Part shown: in pieces, positions 33,748 to 42,860 of the stretch
Numbering within the stretch: the first letter of the stretch is position 1
How the letters are laid out: each line of letters starts with the position of its first letter
NCBI GenBank assembly: GCA_012729375.1
Contig: JAAYDE010000053.1
Span: forward strand, 31,941 to 95,940
DNA length: 64,000 nt
Source: Deltaproteobacteria bacterium
GTDB lineage: Bacteria; Desulfobacterota; Desulfuromonadia; Desulfuromonadales; JAAYDE01
Direction of reading: 5' to 3'
Made by a program: the position numbers and the translations under genes
Notes under the pieces: generated by a model
What the model was told of the DNA's origin: nothing
Databases searched by the model: none
Seen by the model: only the letters and a program-made list of their open reading frames with translations

Positions 33748-33772
33748 ACTACGTCAATTCCAAGGAGATGTC

Positions 33773-34954
33773 ATGACCAAGATCGGTACTCCCCTATCCC
33801 CGACGGCGACCAGGGTTCTGTTGTGCGGCTCGGGAGAGTTGGGCAAGGAAGTCGTCATCGAGTTGCAGAGACTGGGTGTCGAGGTCATTGCCGTGGATCG
33901 TTACGCCAACGCACCGGCAATGCAGGTCGCCCATCGCTCGCACACCCTTTCCATGCTCGACGGAAAGGCGCTGCGGGAGGTCATCGAAAAGGAAAAACCC
34001 CATCTGATCATTCCGGAAATCGAAGCCATCGCCACCGGCACTCTGGTGGAATTGGAGAAAGAGGGCTACCGGGTTATTCCCACCGCGCGGGCCACCCGCC
34101 TGACCATGGATCGGGAAGGGATTCGCCGGCTGGCCGCGGAGGAATTGGGGATCAAGACATCACCCTATCTGTTCGCCGATACCAGGGAAGAGTTCCAGGC
34201 GGCGGTGTCCAAGATCGGTATCCCCTGCGTGGTCAAGCCGGTAATGAGTTCTTCGGGAAAAGGGCAGTCGGTGATCCGCGCGGAAAAGGATATCGACAGG
34301 GCCTGGGCCTATTCCCAGGAGGGGGGACGGACGGCCGCGGGCCGGGTGATCGTCGAGCAGTTCATCGCTTTCGATTACGAGATCACCCTGCTCACCGTGC
34401 GCCATGTCGGCGGCACATCCTTCTGCGCCCCGATAGGCCATCTGCAGATCGACGGCGATTACCGGGAATCGTGGCAGCCTCAGCCGATGACCGCCGCGGC
34501 CCTGGCCGAAGCCCAGCGCATCGGCAAGGCGATCACCGACAATCTGGGCGGCCGCGGAATCTTCGGCGTCGAGCTCTTCGTCAATGGGGATGAGGTCTAT
34601 TTCAGCGAGGTTTCGCCGCGGCCCCATGACACCGGCATGGTTACCCTGATTTCCCAGGATCTTTCCGAGTTCGCCCTGCACGCCCGCGCCGTTCTCGGCC
34701 TGCCGATTCCCTCCATCCACCAGTTCGGGCCCTCGGCCTCCTGCGCCCTGGTGGTCGAAGGAACCTCGAACCAGGTCCGTTTCGGCAATATCGGCGCAGC
34801 CTTGATGGGGAGCGACACCGACATCCGCCTTTTCGGCAAACCCGAGGTGCATGGCAAAAGAAGGATGGGAGTGCTGCTGGCCAGGGCGGAAACGGTGGAA
34901 GAAGCCCGCGACAAGGCGCGGGCGGCGATGAAGGCCGTCCATGTCGAATTGTGA
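33773..34954 (+). CDS. purT: formate-dependent phosphoribosylglycinamide formyltransferase
   Basis: [27 protein letters not shown]... with an ATP-grasp layout. AAGGAG lies upstream of ATG 33773. Confidence 0.93.
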   Translation: MTKIGTPLSPTATRVLLCGSGELGKEVVIELQRLGVEVIAVDRYANAPAMQVAHRSHTLSMLDGKALREVIEKEKPHLIIPEIEAIATGTLVELEKEGYRVIPTARATRLTMDREGIRRLAAEELGIKTSPYLFADTREEFQAAVSKIGIPCVVKPVMSSSGKGQSVIRAEKDIDRAWAYSQEGGRTAAGRVIVEQFIAFDYEITLLTVRHVGGTSFCAPIGHLQIDGDYRESWQPQPMTAAALAEAQRIGKAITDNLGGRGIFGVELFVNGDEVYFSEVSPRPHDTGMVTLISQDLSEFALHARAVLGLPIPSIHQFGPSASCALVVEGTSNQVRFGNIGAALMGSDTDIRLFGKPEVHGKRRMGVLLARAETVEEARDKARAAMKAVHVEL

Positions 34955-35121
34955 ACAATTGCGGTAAAGCTCCGCCGGGCTGGACCTGCCCGGAAAGTGA
35001 AGAGCCCGGTTTGACCCCTCGCCGGCTAATCGCCAGCGTCGTGAAAAAATTTTTTTGACGGCCCATTTACCGCTGGCCGTACTTAGTATGGCCGGCCAAC
35101 AAGCCAAATTGAGAGGTTTCC

Positions 35122-36237
35122 ATGGAAGTCAAGGTTCCGGAAGTCGGCGAATCCATTCATGAGGTAATCCTGGCCAAATGGCACAAGAAAGATGGTGAAA
35201 CAGTGGCCAAGGGCGATCTTTTGTGTGAATTGGAAACGGACAAGATCACTCTGGAACTGAACGCGGAAGCGGCGGGGGTGTTGCATATCAGGTTGGCGGA
35301 AGGGGTGTCCGCGGCCGTCGGCGCCGTTATTGCCGAGATCGGGGCGGCGGGAGTGGCGGTGAATGAGCCGGTGGTCGGTGTCTCGGCGGAAGACAAGGAA
35401 AGGAAACCGGAAGCGGCGGATGTTTCGTCTTTGGTCCGCTCAGAGGAACCGGCAAGGTACGAGGCGACGAAGAAGTCCGTTGCCGCCGCCGAAAAAACCC
35501 CGCCAATACCGGAGAGTGGCTTCACAGGGGACGAGGACGGCGGAGTCCGCCGCCGGCCCCTGTCGCCCATCCGCAGACGGATTGCCCGGCGCCTGGTGGC
35601 GGCCCGCCAGGAGACGGCCATGCTGACCACCTTCAACGAGATCGACATGGGGCGGCTGCAGGGATTGCGGGAACAACACCGGGAGCGCTTCGCCGAGCGC
35701 CATGGTGTGCGCCTCGGCCTGGTTTCCTTTTTTGTCCTTGCGGCGGTGGAGGCTTTGCGGGCTTTCCCCGAGGTCAACGCCTTCATCGACGGGGACGATG
35801 TCGTCTACCATGATTACATGAATGTCGGCGTGGCGGTCGGCGCCGAAAAAGGGCTGGTGGTGCCGGTTTTGAGGGACGCGCAACGGCTGCGCCTCTGGGA
35901 AGTGGAAAAAGGGATTGGCGTCTTTGTGGATAAGGTTAAAAACAACCGCCTGGAATTGGCCGATCTGGAAGGGGGCACCTTTACCATCACCAACGGCGGT
36001 GTTTTCGGCTCCCTGCTGAGCACGCCGCTTCTCAATTTCCCGCAGAGCGCCATACTCGGCCTGCACGCCATTCAGGACCGCCCCGTGGCGCGGGACGGCG
36101 AGATCGTCGTCCGCCCGATGATGTACGTCGCCCTCAGTTACGACCACCGTCTCATCGACGGCCGCGGCGCCGTCGGTTTCCTGAAGCGGATCAAGGAGCA
36201 GATCGAAGAGCCGGAGCGGATGTGGCTGGAAATATAA
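35122..36237 (+). CDS. 2-oxoacid dehydrogenase E2 acyltransferase (lipoyl domain plus catalytic domain; SucB-like)
   Basis: Lipoyl-lysine motif LETDKITLE and catalytic SYDHRLIDGRGAV. No E1 or E3 gene is nearby, and no peripheral-subunit-binding domain is seen in the linker. Confidence 0.85.
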   Translation: MEVKVPEVGESIHEVILAKWHKKDGETVAKGDLLCELETDKITLELNAEAAGVLHIRLAEGVSAAVGAVIAEIGAAGVAVNEPVVGVSAEDKERKPEAADVSSLVRSEEPARYEATKKSVAAAEKTPPIPESGFTGDEDGGVRRRPLSPIRRRIARRLVAARQETAMLTTFNEIDMGRLQGLREQHRERFAERHGVRLGLVSFFVLAAVEALRAFPEVNAFIDGDDVVYHDYMNVGVAVGAEKGLVVPVLRDAQRLRLWEVEKGIGVFVDKVKNNRLELADLEGGTFTITNGGVFGSLLSTPLLNFPQSAILGLHAIQDRPVARDGEIVVRPMMYVALSYDHRLIDGRGAVGFLKRIKEQIEEPERMWLEI

Positions 36238-36255
36238 AGAATGGGGAGGGGGGAA

Positions 36256-36693
36256 TCAAACCCCGATGTCCTCGTTCCACAGTTCCGGCCGACGGGTGAT
36301 AAAACGGCTCATCAACTCCCTGCAGGTCGGGTCCTGAAGAACCTGTATCCCCACGCCGCGGGAGCGCAACAGCTCTTCCTCGCCCAGGAAAGTCAGGTTC
36401 TCGCCGATGACGATTCGCCGGATGCCATAAAGAAGGATGGCCCCAGTGCACATGGCGCAGGGCGACAGGGTGGTGTAGAGCGTCGACTCCCGGTAAACCA
36501 CCGCGGGCTGGCGCCCGGCGTTTTCCAGGGCGTCCATCTCGGCGTGGAGAATGGCGCTTTGCCGCTGAACGCGACGATTGTGCCCGCGCCCGATGACAGT
36601 TCCCTTATAAACGATGACGCAACCGATGGGGATGCCCCCTTCGGCCTGGCCGAGTTCGGCTTCCTCGATAGCGATCTGCATGAAAGGATCCAT
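36256..36693 (-). CDS. CMP/dCMP-type zinc deaminase, yeast FCY1-like cytosine deaminase
   Basis: 145 aa with HAEMDALENAG and SPCAMCTG zinc motifs. The C-terminal ...WNEDIGV resembles the FCY1-type terminus. Confidence 0.75.
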   Translation of the reverse strand: MDPFMQIAIEEAELGQAEGGIPIGCVIVYKGTVIGRGHNRRVQRQSAILHAEMDALENAGRQPAVVYRESTLYTTLSPCAMCTGAILLYGIRRIVIGENLTFLGEEELLRSRGVGIQVLQDPTCRELMSRFITRRPELWNEDIGV

Positions 36694-36716
36694 GGATATT
36701 CTCCTTGCCGGCCTGG

Positions 36717-36905
36717 TCAGCGGCGATCCTTGATCAGGGTACCGCCGACGCCGACGTTTTCCGGCTGGGTCTCATGGATGATGACGATGATCGTTTCTTC
36801 CGGCAGGCCATAGCAGTGCGCCGCCGCCCTGGTCATGTCCCTGACCAGTTCCCGCTTCTTGTCGATGTCGCTGATGCACGGACCTTCAATGGCGATATAA
36901 GGCAT
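36717..36905 (-). CDS. 4-oxalocrotonate tautomerase family protein
   Basis: 62 aa starting MPYIAIEG (catalytic Pro after Met). Start moved to ATG 36905 within ORF 36717..36962. Confidence 0.75.
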   Translation of the reverse strand: MPYIAIEGPCISDIDKKRELVRDMTRAAAHCYGLPEETIIVIIHETQPENVGVGGTLIKDRR

Positions 36906-37042
36906 TTTTCCCTCCATTCTGTTAATGCTTTCCGTCTTGCCCCGGAGCGGGGAAAGGCACACCTTGCCTCCGGCATACCGTTTGTCGGGGGATTTTCCCG
37001 GTGCCGTTTGCTTTTTTGAGCCGAAGCCGCGAAAGAATTTAA

Positions 37043-37399
37043 TTACGGCCCATCGTCGTCCCCTTCTTCGGAAGGTTGATCCTGCTCATCGGCAGCCGAA
37101 CCGTTACCGGTGTCTTCGCCGTTTTCCGGGTAATCTCCCGATGTCAGCCAGCCGTTGCCGTTTTCCGTTTCCCGGGACGACAACTGATCGGCAACGATCT
37201 CCCCCAGGTTTTCCCAAAGATTATCGAGATTTTCATCCACCAGAACGATTTCGCCGTCGATAGCCGCTGACCAGGCATTTTCGTGGAACTTCCGGTAGGG
37301 ATGCCGATAAGCGGTCTCGAAGGGGAGATAAACAACTTCCGGAGTCATTTCTTCGATGCCGGTGAATCTTTCTATTTCAATGACGATCCTGTCTTTCAT
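37043..37399 (-). CDS. hypothetical protein with a strongly acidic C-terminal tail
   Basis: 118 aa (MKDRIVIEIERFTGIEEMTPEVVYLPFE... ending DEQDQPSEEGDDDGP). Start placed at ATG 37399. No family recognised. Confidence 0.45.
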   Translation of the reverse strand: MKDRIVIEIERFTGIEEMTPEVVYLPFETAYRHPYRKFHENAWSAAIDGEIVLVDENLDNLWENLGEIVADQLSSRETENGNGWLTSGDYPENGEDTGNGSAADEQDQPSEEGDDDGP

Positions 37400-37499
37400 G
37401 GCCCTCCGACGGGTCGAAAATTCTTCGACAAAGGGTGTAAAGCCTGTTACCAGGGAATTTTCATGATATTCTGAACAGAATGAAAAGGAAAGGCCTTCT

Positions 37500-38162
37500 G
37501 TGGAGAGGAGCGAAGGGGTGATTCTGGGGATTACCGGGGGAGTCGCCGTGGGCAAGTCGACGGTGGCGAAGATACTGGCAGAGCGGGGGGCGGCGGTGGT
37601 CAGCGCCGACGAGCTGGCCCGTGAGGTGGTGGCGCCGGGCTCAAAAACCCTGCGCATCCTGGTCGCCTATTTCGGCACCGACATTCTGCGCAGGGACGGC
37701 ACCTTGGATCGTCAGGTCCTCGGGGATATCGTCTTCGGGAACGAAGAGAAACGCTCCTTCCTCAATGCCGTCACCCACGCCGCCATCGCCGAGCTGGCGG
37801 TGCGCCGTCTCGGGGATTTGGAGGCCCGCGGTGCAGAGCTCATCGTCTATGAATCCCCGCTGTTGTTTGAAGCAAAGGCGGAAGGGCGGGTGGATCTGGT
37901 GCTGGTGGTCAAGGCACCGGAAAAGGAACAGAGGGACCGCTTGCTGCGACGGCCGGGGATGACCGCGGCACGGGCGCAAACCATGATCGCGGCCCAGATG
38001 AGCCAGCAGGAAAAGGCGTCCCGCGGTGATTTCGTCATTGAAACCGACGGTACCCTGAAGGAACTTGAAGAGAAGGTGGACGCTCTGCTGCTGCGTTTGC
38101 GGGAGCTCATATCCGCCGGTTTCCGCAGCAGAAGGGTCACTCGGCCGGATAGCCGAGCCTGA
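37500..38162 (+). CDS. coaE: dephospho-CoA kinase
   Basis: P-loop GITGGVAVGKST and CoaE length. It has a non-ATG start, so the exact start is uncertain. Its 3' end overlaps the convergent IclR gene by 26 nt. Confidence 0.88.
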   Translation: MERSEGVILGITGGVAVGKSTVAKILAERGAAVVSADELAREVVAPGSKTLRILVAYFGTDILRRDGTLDRQVLGDIVFGNEEKRSFLNAVTHAAIAELAVRRLGDLEARGAELIVYESPLLFEAKAEGRVDLVLVVKAPEKEQRDRLLRRPGMTAARAQTMIAAQMSQQEKASRGDFVIETDGTLKELEEKVDALLLRLRELISAGFRSRRVTRPDSRA

Positions 38163-38922
38163 TGGAGAGGGTTTCCCCTTCCTTGATGATGATCGGAGCC
38201 AGTTCGTTGACGATCCGTTCCTCGGGGAAACGCATGGACGGTCCGGAAATGCTCAAGGCACCGACCACGCGGCGGGTATAGTCGCGGATCGGAGCGGCGA
38301 CGCAGCAGACCCCCGTGTCATGCTCCTCGTTGTCGACGGCGTAGCCGATTTCGCGAATCTTCTGAAGCTCTTTTTTGAGGTCGGCGAGGCCGGTAATGGT
38401 GTTGGCGGTGAAGGCCTCCATCTTGGTTTTGCCGTAGAGGCGCTCGATCTCCTCTTCCTTGAGGAAGGCCAGGTGGACCTTGCCGGCCGCGGTGCAGTAG
38501 GCGGGCAGGCGGAAACCGACGCGGGACATGACGCGCACGGTATAGGTGGTTTCGACGATGTCGAGATAGACGATATGGCCTTCCTTGAGCATGGAGACGT
38601 AGCAGGTTTCGTTGCACAGATCGACGATCTTCTGCAGAATCGGCTTGGCCTGGTGGAGCAGACCCATGTGCTTGATGAAAGTCTGGCCGAGTTCCAGTGA
38701 TTTCAGCCCCAGCCGGTAATTTTCCGTGGCCTTGTTCTGTTCCACATAGCCCCGCGACTCCAGGGTGGCCAGCAACCGGAAAACGTTGTTTTTGTGAAGT
38801 TTCAGCCGGTTGCTGAGCTCCGTGACACCAAGTTCGTCCTCTTCGCCCTGAAATTGCTCCAAAAGATCAAGGGCGTGGGAAACCGCCTGAATGATGTATT
38901 CGGACTTCTCTTTTTTGGACAT
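38137..38922 (-). CDS. IclR family transcriptional regulator
   Basis: N-terminal wHTH (AVSHALDLLEQF...GVTELSNRLKLHKNNVFRLLATL) plus an IclR effector domain. ATG 38922 is preceded by AAGGAA; the GTG at 38946 is an alternative start. Confidence 0.88.
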   Translation of the reverse strand: MSKKEKSEYIIQAVSHALDLLEQFQGEEDELGVTELSNRLKLHKNNVFRLLATLESRGYVEQNKATENYRLGLKSLELGQTFIKHMGLLHQAKPILQKIVDLCNETCYVSMLKEGHIVYLDIVETTYTVRVMSRVGFRLPAYCTAAGKVHLAFLKEEEIERLYGKTKMEAFTANTITGLADLKKELQKIREIGYAVDNEEHDTGVCCVAAPIRDYTRRVVGALSISGPSMRFPEERIVNELAPIIIKEGETLSIRLGYPAE

Positions 38923-38992
38923 GCCATTTCCTTCTTCGCGGGTCACGGAAAAATAAGGCCAACAGGTTACGGGGGGGGCTGCCTAACGGGCG

Positions 38993-39124
38993 GTTGAAAA
39001 ACTGCGCTTTTGGTGCTTATGGGATGTCGCTCGGTTTTCCAAATTCCTCACATGTTGTTGTAAAAACAGACGCTTTTCAAAATCCCCACGCCTTGCCTAA
39101 GGCACCAGGTTCTCGTTTTTCAAC
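38993..39124 (-). repeat. copy A of the dispersed ~130-nt intergenic element, bounded by a perfect 10-bp inverted repeat
   Basis: GTTGAAAAAC (38993-39002) and GTTTTTCAAC (39115-39124) bound the copy. Its reverse complement aligns to the 56.9-kb copy at about 96 of 140 positions (hand alignment), including a 57-nt ungapped block with 40 matches. Confidence 0.8.
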
Positions 39125-39202
39125 AGCCAGGTAATGAGCGGAAAGCCGTAAAAAGAATAACCCGCCTGGTTAGCGTAAAACAACTTTTTACTTTTATCAA
39201 AA

Positions 39203-40465
39203 TTAGAAATCGCTGTCAATGTTCATTCTTTCCGGCGAATGCCCTTCGCTGTCCGACGGTTCCCCTTCAAGACCCTTTTTCATCACTTCCCGCAGGACAC
39301 AGGTGGCGTAGCTGCCGGCGGGAAGGCTGAAGGACAACCAAAGGTCGCCTCCTTCTCCGCAAAGCGACGTTTCGCCGAGGGGAACCCGCAGCGCCCGGCG
39401 GCTTCCTTCCATGCGCAGGGGACCGGGAAGGGCGAAAGCTTCCAGGCGCAGGACTTCCTCCCGGAGGATCCGTTCTTCCAGGGCACCGGCTGTCCCGGAA
39501 GCGAGCAGCACCTGACAGCCGAAAAGAGGCGCCGAAGGACTGATCTCGAAAGCGTCGGCGCGTAGCTGTTCCCGTTCCGGGTCGGTGACGGAAAAGACAG
39601 CGCCGTTGGCATGTTTCATGGCCAGATCGCCCAGCTGCAAAAGCCCCAGGTCGGGAAGCCGCTCGGCGACGATACGGTCGAAAAGCAAGGATTGATAGGC
39701 CGACAGGTAGAGGCGCAGAAGGCGCTGGGGAAGGGCCAACATGGCCTGGCGAGGGGCGCGGCCGTGGAGCAGGGCGTGGACGATCTTGCGCTCGTGGCGC
39801 AAGTTGTCGGGGAGGACGGCGAGGGCTCCTTGCAGATCGCCGGCGGCGAACCGCGTCGCCCCTTCCTGCCAGCGGGGATCGCGGATTTGCCGGGGATCGC
39901 CGATAATCTCGCGGATGGCCTGGTCGAAATCCTCCCGCACCAGGGCGCGACCGATCCGGTGGGAGTTGCCGAAGGCGCCGAAACGCTGTTCTCCGAAGGT
40001 GTTCGGGGCGCCCTTTTCCCGAAGCCGGGCGAGGATCTGTTCGGCCCTGTCCAGCGCTCCAGCGTTTACCTCCCGGATGCGGATGCGGAAACGGTTGCCG
40101 CGGAGGTGACCGAGGCGCAACTTGTTGCGGTGCCGACTGCGGGTGAGGATGCGGAAACGGTCCTGCTCGCCGTCGAGTTTGCCCTCCGCCGCCTGGGCCG
40201 GAAGGGAGAGCCACTGGCGGGTGACGCCGCGAGCGTCCTTGAGGCCGGCGTAGCCGATTTCCCGCTCGCGGATGCCGCAGCTGCGGGCCAATTCATGGAC
40301 CAGATCGATGGTGGTCAGGTGCCGTTTTTCCACCAGCAGGTAGAGATGCTCGCCGGCGCCGCAGGGCAGGTAGGCAGGGATTTCTTCGACCTGGAAATCT
40401 TCGGCCTGGGTCTTGAAGAGGCCTCCCGTTCCTGGAATATCCCTGGTCAGCAACCCATCGGTCAT
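39203..40465 (-). CDS. truD: tRNA pseudouridine(13) synthase
   Basis: 420 aa with the GLKDARGVTRQW motif and TruD length. It overlaps the trmB stop by 4 nt. Confidence 0.9.
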   Translation of the reverse strand: MTDGLLTRDIPGTGGLFKTQAEDFQVEEIPAYLPCGAGEHLYLLVEKRHLTTIDLVHELARSCGIREREIGYAGLKDARGVTRQWLSLPAQAAEGKLDGEQDRFRILTRSRHRNKLRLGHLRGNRFRIRIREVNAGALDRAEQILARLREKGAPNTFGEQRFGAFGNSHRIGRALVREDFDQAIREIIGDPRQIRDPRWQEGATRFAAGDLQGALAVLPDNLRHERKIVHALLHGRAPRQAMLALPQRLLRLYLSAYQSLLFDRIVAERLPDLGLLQLGDLAMKHANGAVFSVTDPEREQLRADAFEISPSAPLFGCQVLLASGTAGALEERILREEVLRLEAFALPGPLRMEGSRRALRVPLGETSLCGEGGDLWLSFSLPAGSYATCVLREVMKKGLEGEPSDSEGHSPERMNIDSDF

Positions 40466-41190
40466 CGGCTCCCTCCGCTGCAGGTTTGGGCAAAACCGCC
40501 GTTTACCGGCTCTTTGCGCCGGGCCGATTCCTGCGCCCGAACTGGTTCGGCCTTGCGCTGGTGGACGAAATAGAGAGGCAGTCCTGACTCGTGGAATTTC
40601 CGCATATATTTGGAAAAGGGATAATCCTGCAGATGATGGGCGCAGATCTCCTCCAGGCAGTTGTCGAAACCGGGGAAAGGGAAAAGCGCGCTCACCTGGT
40701 GAGCGTAATGGGCGAAATCGGTGCAGAAAACCAGTTCTCCCCGGGGTGCCAGGCAGCGATGGATCAGGGCGAGAAAATCACTGTTGACCAGGCGTCGCTG
40801 GTGGTGGCGTTTCTTGGGCCAGGGGTCGGGGCAGTTGATGTAGAGGGCGTGCAGGGTTTCCGGCTCGAAAAAGCGGGCCAGCAGCTGGCGAGCTTCGATT
40901 CGCAGCACCCGCACGTTGTCCAGCCGGTTGCGGTCGACCTTGCGGCAGGTCTTCAGGCAGCCTTTGTTGTAGATATCGACCGCCAGAAAATTGAGGTCGG
41001 CGCGGCGCTGGGCCATCTCGATCACGAAGTCCCCCGTCCCGCAGCCGATTTCCATGGCCAGGGGGCGGATTCGGTCGAAAAGAAGAGCCGGTTGGCCCAC
41101 CTGCTCCAGACACTCCTCGCTGACAAAGGAGGGGGATTCGATGGGTATCACCCGCTGGGTCGATTTTTTCGCGTCTGCGGTAGTGTCCAT
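40462..41190 (-). CDS. trmB: tRNA (guanine-N7)-methyltransferase
   Basis: EIGCGTGDF SAM motif and NCPDPWPKKRHHQRRL signature. Confidence 0.9.
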   Translation of the reverse strand: MDTTADAKKSTQRVIPIESPSFVSEECLEQVGQPALLFDRIRPLAMEIGCGTGDFVIEMAQRRADLNFLAVDIYNKGCLKTCRKVDRNRLDNVRVLRIEARQLLARFFEPETLHALYINCPDPWPKKRHHQRRLVNSDFLALIHRCLAPRGELVFCTDFAHYAHQVSALFPFPGFDNCLEEICAHHLQDYPFSKYMRKFHESGLPLYFVHQRKAEPVRAQESARRKEPVNGGFAQTCSGGSR

Positions 41191-41265
41191 TTTATCTTCA
41201 TCGCCTCAAAACGCTGAAAACTAACATGGGATGAGGCGTTTTTCAAGGTGAGGCATCCCGCCGCA

Positions 41266-41583
41266 TCAGGGTTTCGTCGGCAAACCGAGGAGAAATTGGA
41301 TCAACTGGTCCAATTCTTCCTCTGAAAGATGGTTGTAGGCCGGCATGAAGGGCTCGGTGGGGCTGTTTTTGCCTTTTTTGAGCAGGGTGCGCAGCTGTTC
41401 GGCGCTCAACCGGCTGCTGCCAGCGTCCAGGGGAACGGCAAAATCGCCGCCGCTTCCCTCGAGTCGATGGCAGGCAAGGCATCCCTGGGAGTGGATGAGC
41501 TTGCGGGCCACAGGGTGACGGTCGGCCGAGGCGGCAACGGCTGCCATTGCCACCAGGAGAATCGTCAGCAATGATTTTTTCAT
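41266..41583 (-). CDS. small monohaem class I c-type cytochrome
   Basis: 105 aa with signal peptide MKKSLLTILLVAMAAVAASA, a single CLACH haem-binding motif, and a distal Met candidate in FMPAY. Confidence 0.8.
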   Translation of the reverse strand: MKKSLLTILLVAMAAVAASADRHPVARKLIHSQGCLACHRLEGSGGDFAVPLDAGSSRLSAEQLRTLLKKGKNSPTEPFMPAYNHLSEEELDQLIQFLLGLPTKP

Positions 41584-41835
41584 TGTAGCATCGAATTTTC
41601 CGGTTTTCTGAAAAGGGGCTGGTTTCAGAGAATACTTTTATCGGGAGGATTTTTTCAATTTTATTTTCCCCTTGCTGGGAGGCGGCGAAAAGAGTTGAAT
41701 TCCGCCAGGCGCACCGCTAACCTAGATTCCATCCGCAATCTGCGGAGGGAAGCCAACCTGTCAGCGGATGGTCGAAATCTCCCGGCACCGGCTTGGCCGG
41801 GGGTGATGATTCCACAACCACGGGGGGAGACAAGG

Positions 41836-42852
41836 ATGCTGATCGTCATGGAACACAATGCCGATCCGAAACAGATCGAAAAGGTGCAGGAGGCGGTTCT
41901 GGCCCTGGGCCTGCGGGCCGAACTGATTCCGGGCAGCGAAAGGACCGCCATCGGCGTCCTCGGCAACCGTGGCTGGGTGGACGACGCCACCATCCGCGGT
42001 TTGCCTGGCATCCGCGAGATACTTCATGTGAGCAAGCCGTACAAGCTGGTGTCGCGGGATTTCCATCCCCGGACCACGGTGGTCCGGGTCAAGGATATCG
42101 CTATCGGCGCCGGAGAAAAGCCGGTGATCATGGCCGGGCCCTGCGCCATCGAAAGCGAGGAACAGATGCTGGCGGCGGCCCGGGCCGTCCGCAAGGCCGG
42201 CGGCCATATCCTGCGGGGGGGCGCCTTCAAGCCCCGAACCGGTCCCCACACTTTTCAGGGGATGGGCCTTGCCGGGCTGAAAATCCTCCGCCGTGCCGGT
42301 GACGAGGTGGGGATGCCGGTGATTACCGAGGTGATGCGCATCGAACACCTCGAGGAAGTCTGCCGTTATGCCGACATCCTCCAGATCGGCGCCCGCAACA
42401 TGCAGAATTTTGACCTTCTCAAAGAGGTCGGCAAGCTCCGTCATCCGGTCATGCTGAAGCGCGGCATGAGTGCCTCCATCGAGGAGTTTCTGGCCGCGGC
42501 CGAATATATCCTGGCCGAGGGGAATACCGATCTGATGCTCTGCGAAAGAGGGATCCGCACCTTTGAACAGGCGACCCGCAATACCCTCGATCTTTCCGTC
42601 GTCCCCATCATCCAGGAACTGAGTCATCTGCCGATTCTGGTCGATCCCAGCCACGCCACCGGGCGCCGTGCCCTGGTGCCGGTGATGAGCAAGGCGGCTC
42701 TGGTGGCCGGCGCCCACGGCCTCATCATCGAGGTCCATCCGGCACCGGAAAAAGCCCTTTGCGACGGCGCCCAGAGTCTCACCCCGGAAGGCTTCGCCAC
42801 GCTCATGGCGGAGATCTCCCGGCTGTGCAGATTTCTCGGTTTCCCGGAATAG
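41836..42852 (+). CDS. aroF: 3-deoxy-7-phosphoheptulonate synthase (type I-beta with an N-terminal ferredoxin-like regulatory domain)
   Basis: MLIVMEHNADPKQIEKVQEAV... regulatory domain followed by a KDO8P/DAHP-synthase TIM barrel (MAGPCAIES, LRGGAFKPRT). GGGGGAGA lies upstream of ATG 41836. Confidence 0.9.
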   Translation: MLIVMEHNADPKQIEKVQEAVLALGLRAELIPGSERTAIGVLGNRGWVDDATIRGLPGIREILHVSKPYKLVSRDFHPRTTVVRVKDIAIGAGEKPVIMAGPCAIESEEQMLAAARAVRKAGGHILRGGAFKPRTGPHTFQGMGLAGLKILRRAGDEVGMPVITEVMRIEHLEEVCRYADILQIGARNMQNFDLLKEVGKLRHPVMLKRGMSASIEEFLAAAEYILAEGNTDLMLCERGIRTFEQATRNTLDLSVVPIIQELSHLPILVDPSHATGRRALVPVMSKAALVAGAHGLIIEVHPAPEKALCDGAQSLTPEGFATLMAEISRLCRFLGFPE

Positions 42853-42860
42853 CTGGTGCC

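Noticed and set aside
39267-40214. A 315-aa Pro/Arg/Gly-rich ORF in an alternative frame of the truD strand.
   Set aside because: It overlaps truD out of frame, has extreme low-complexity composition typical of off-frame translation of GC-rich coding DNA, and shows no motifs.
41584-41720. A possible GEMM-I (c-di-GMP/cGAMP) riboswitch upstream of the c-type cytochrome gene, as is common in Geobacter.
   Set aside because: The minus-strand leader lacks the conserved GGCAAACC / ACGCAAAGCC-type blocks and the tetraloop-receptor arrangement. It looks instead like a weak relative of the dispersed repeat.
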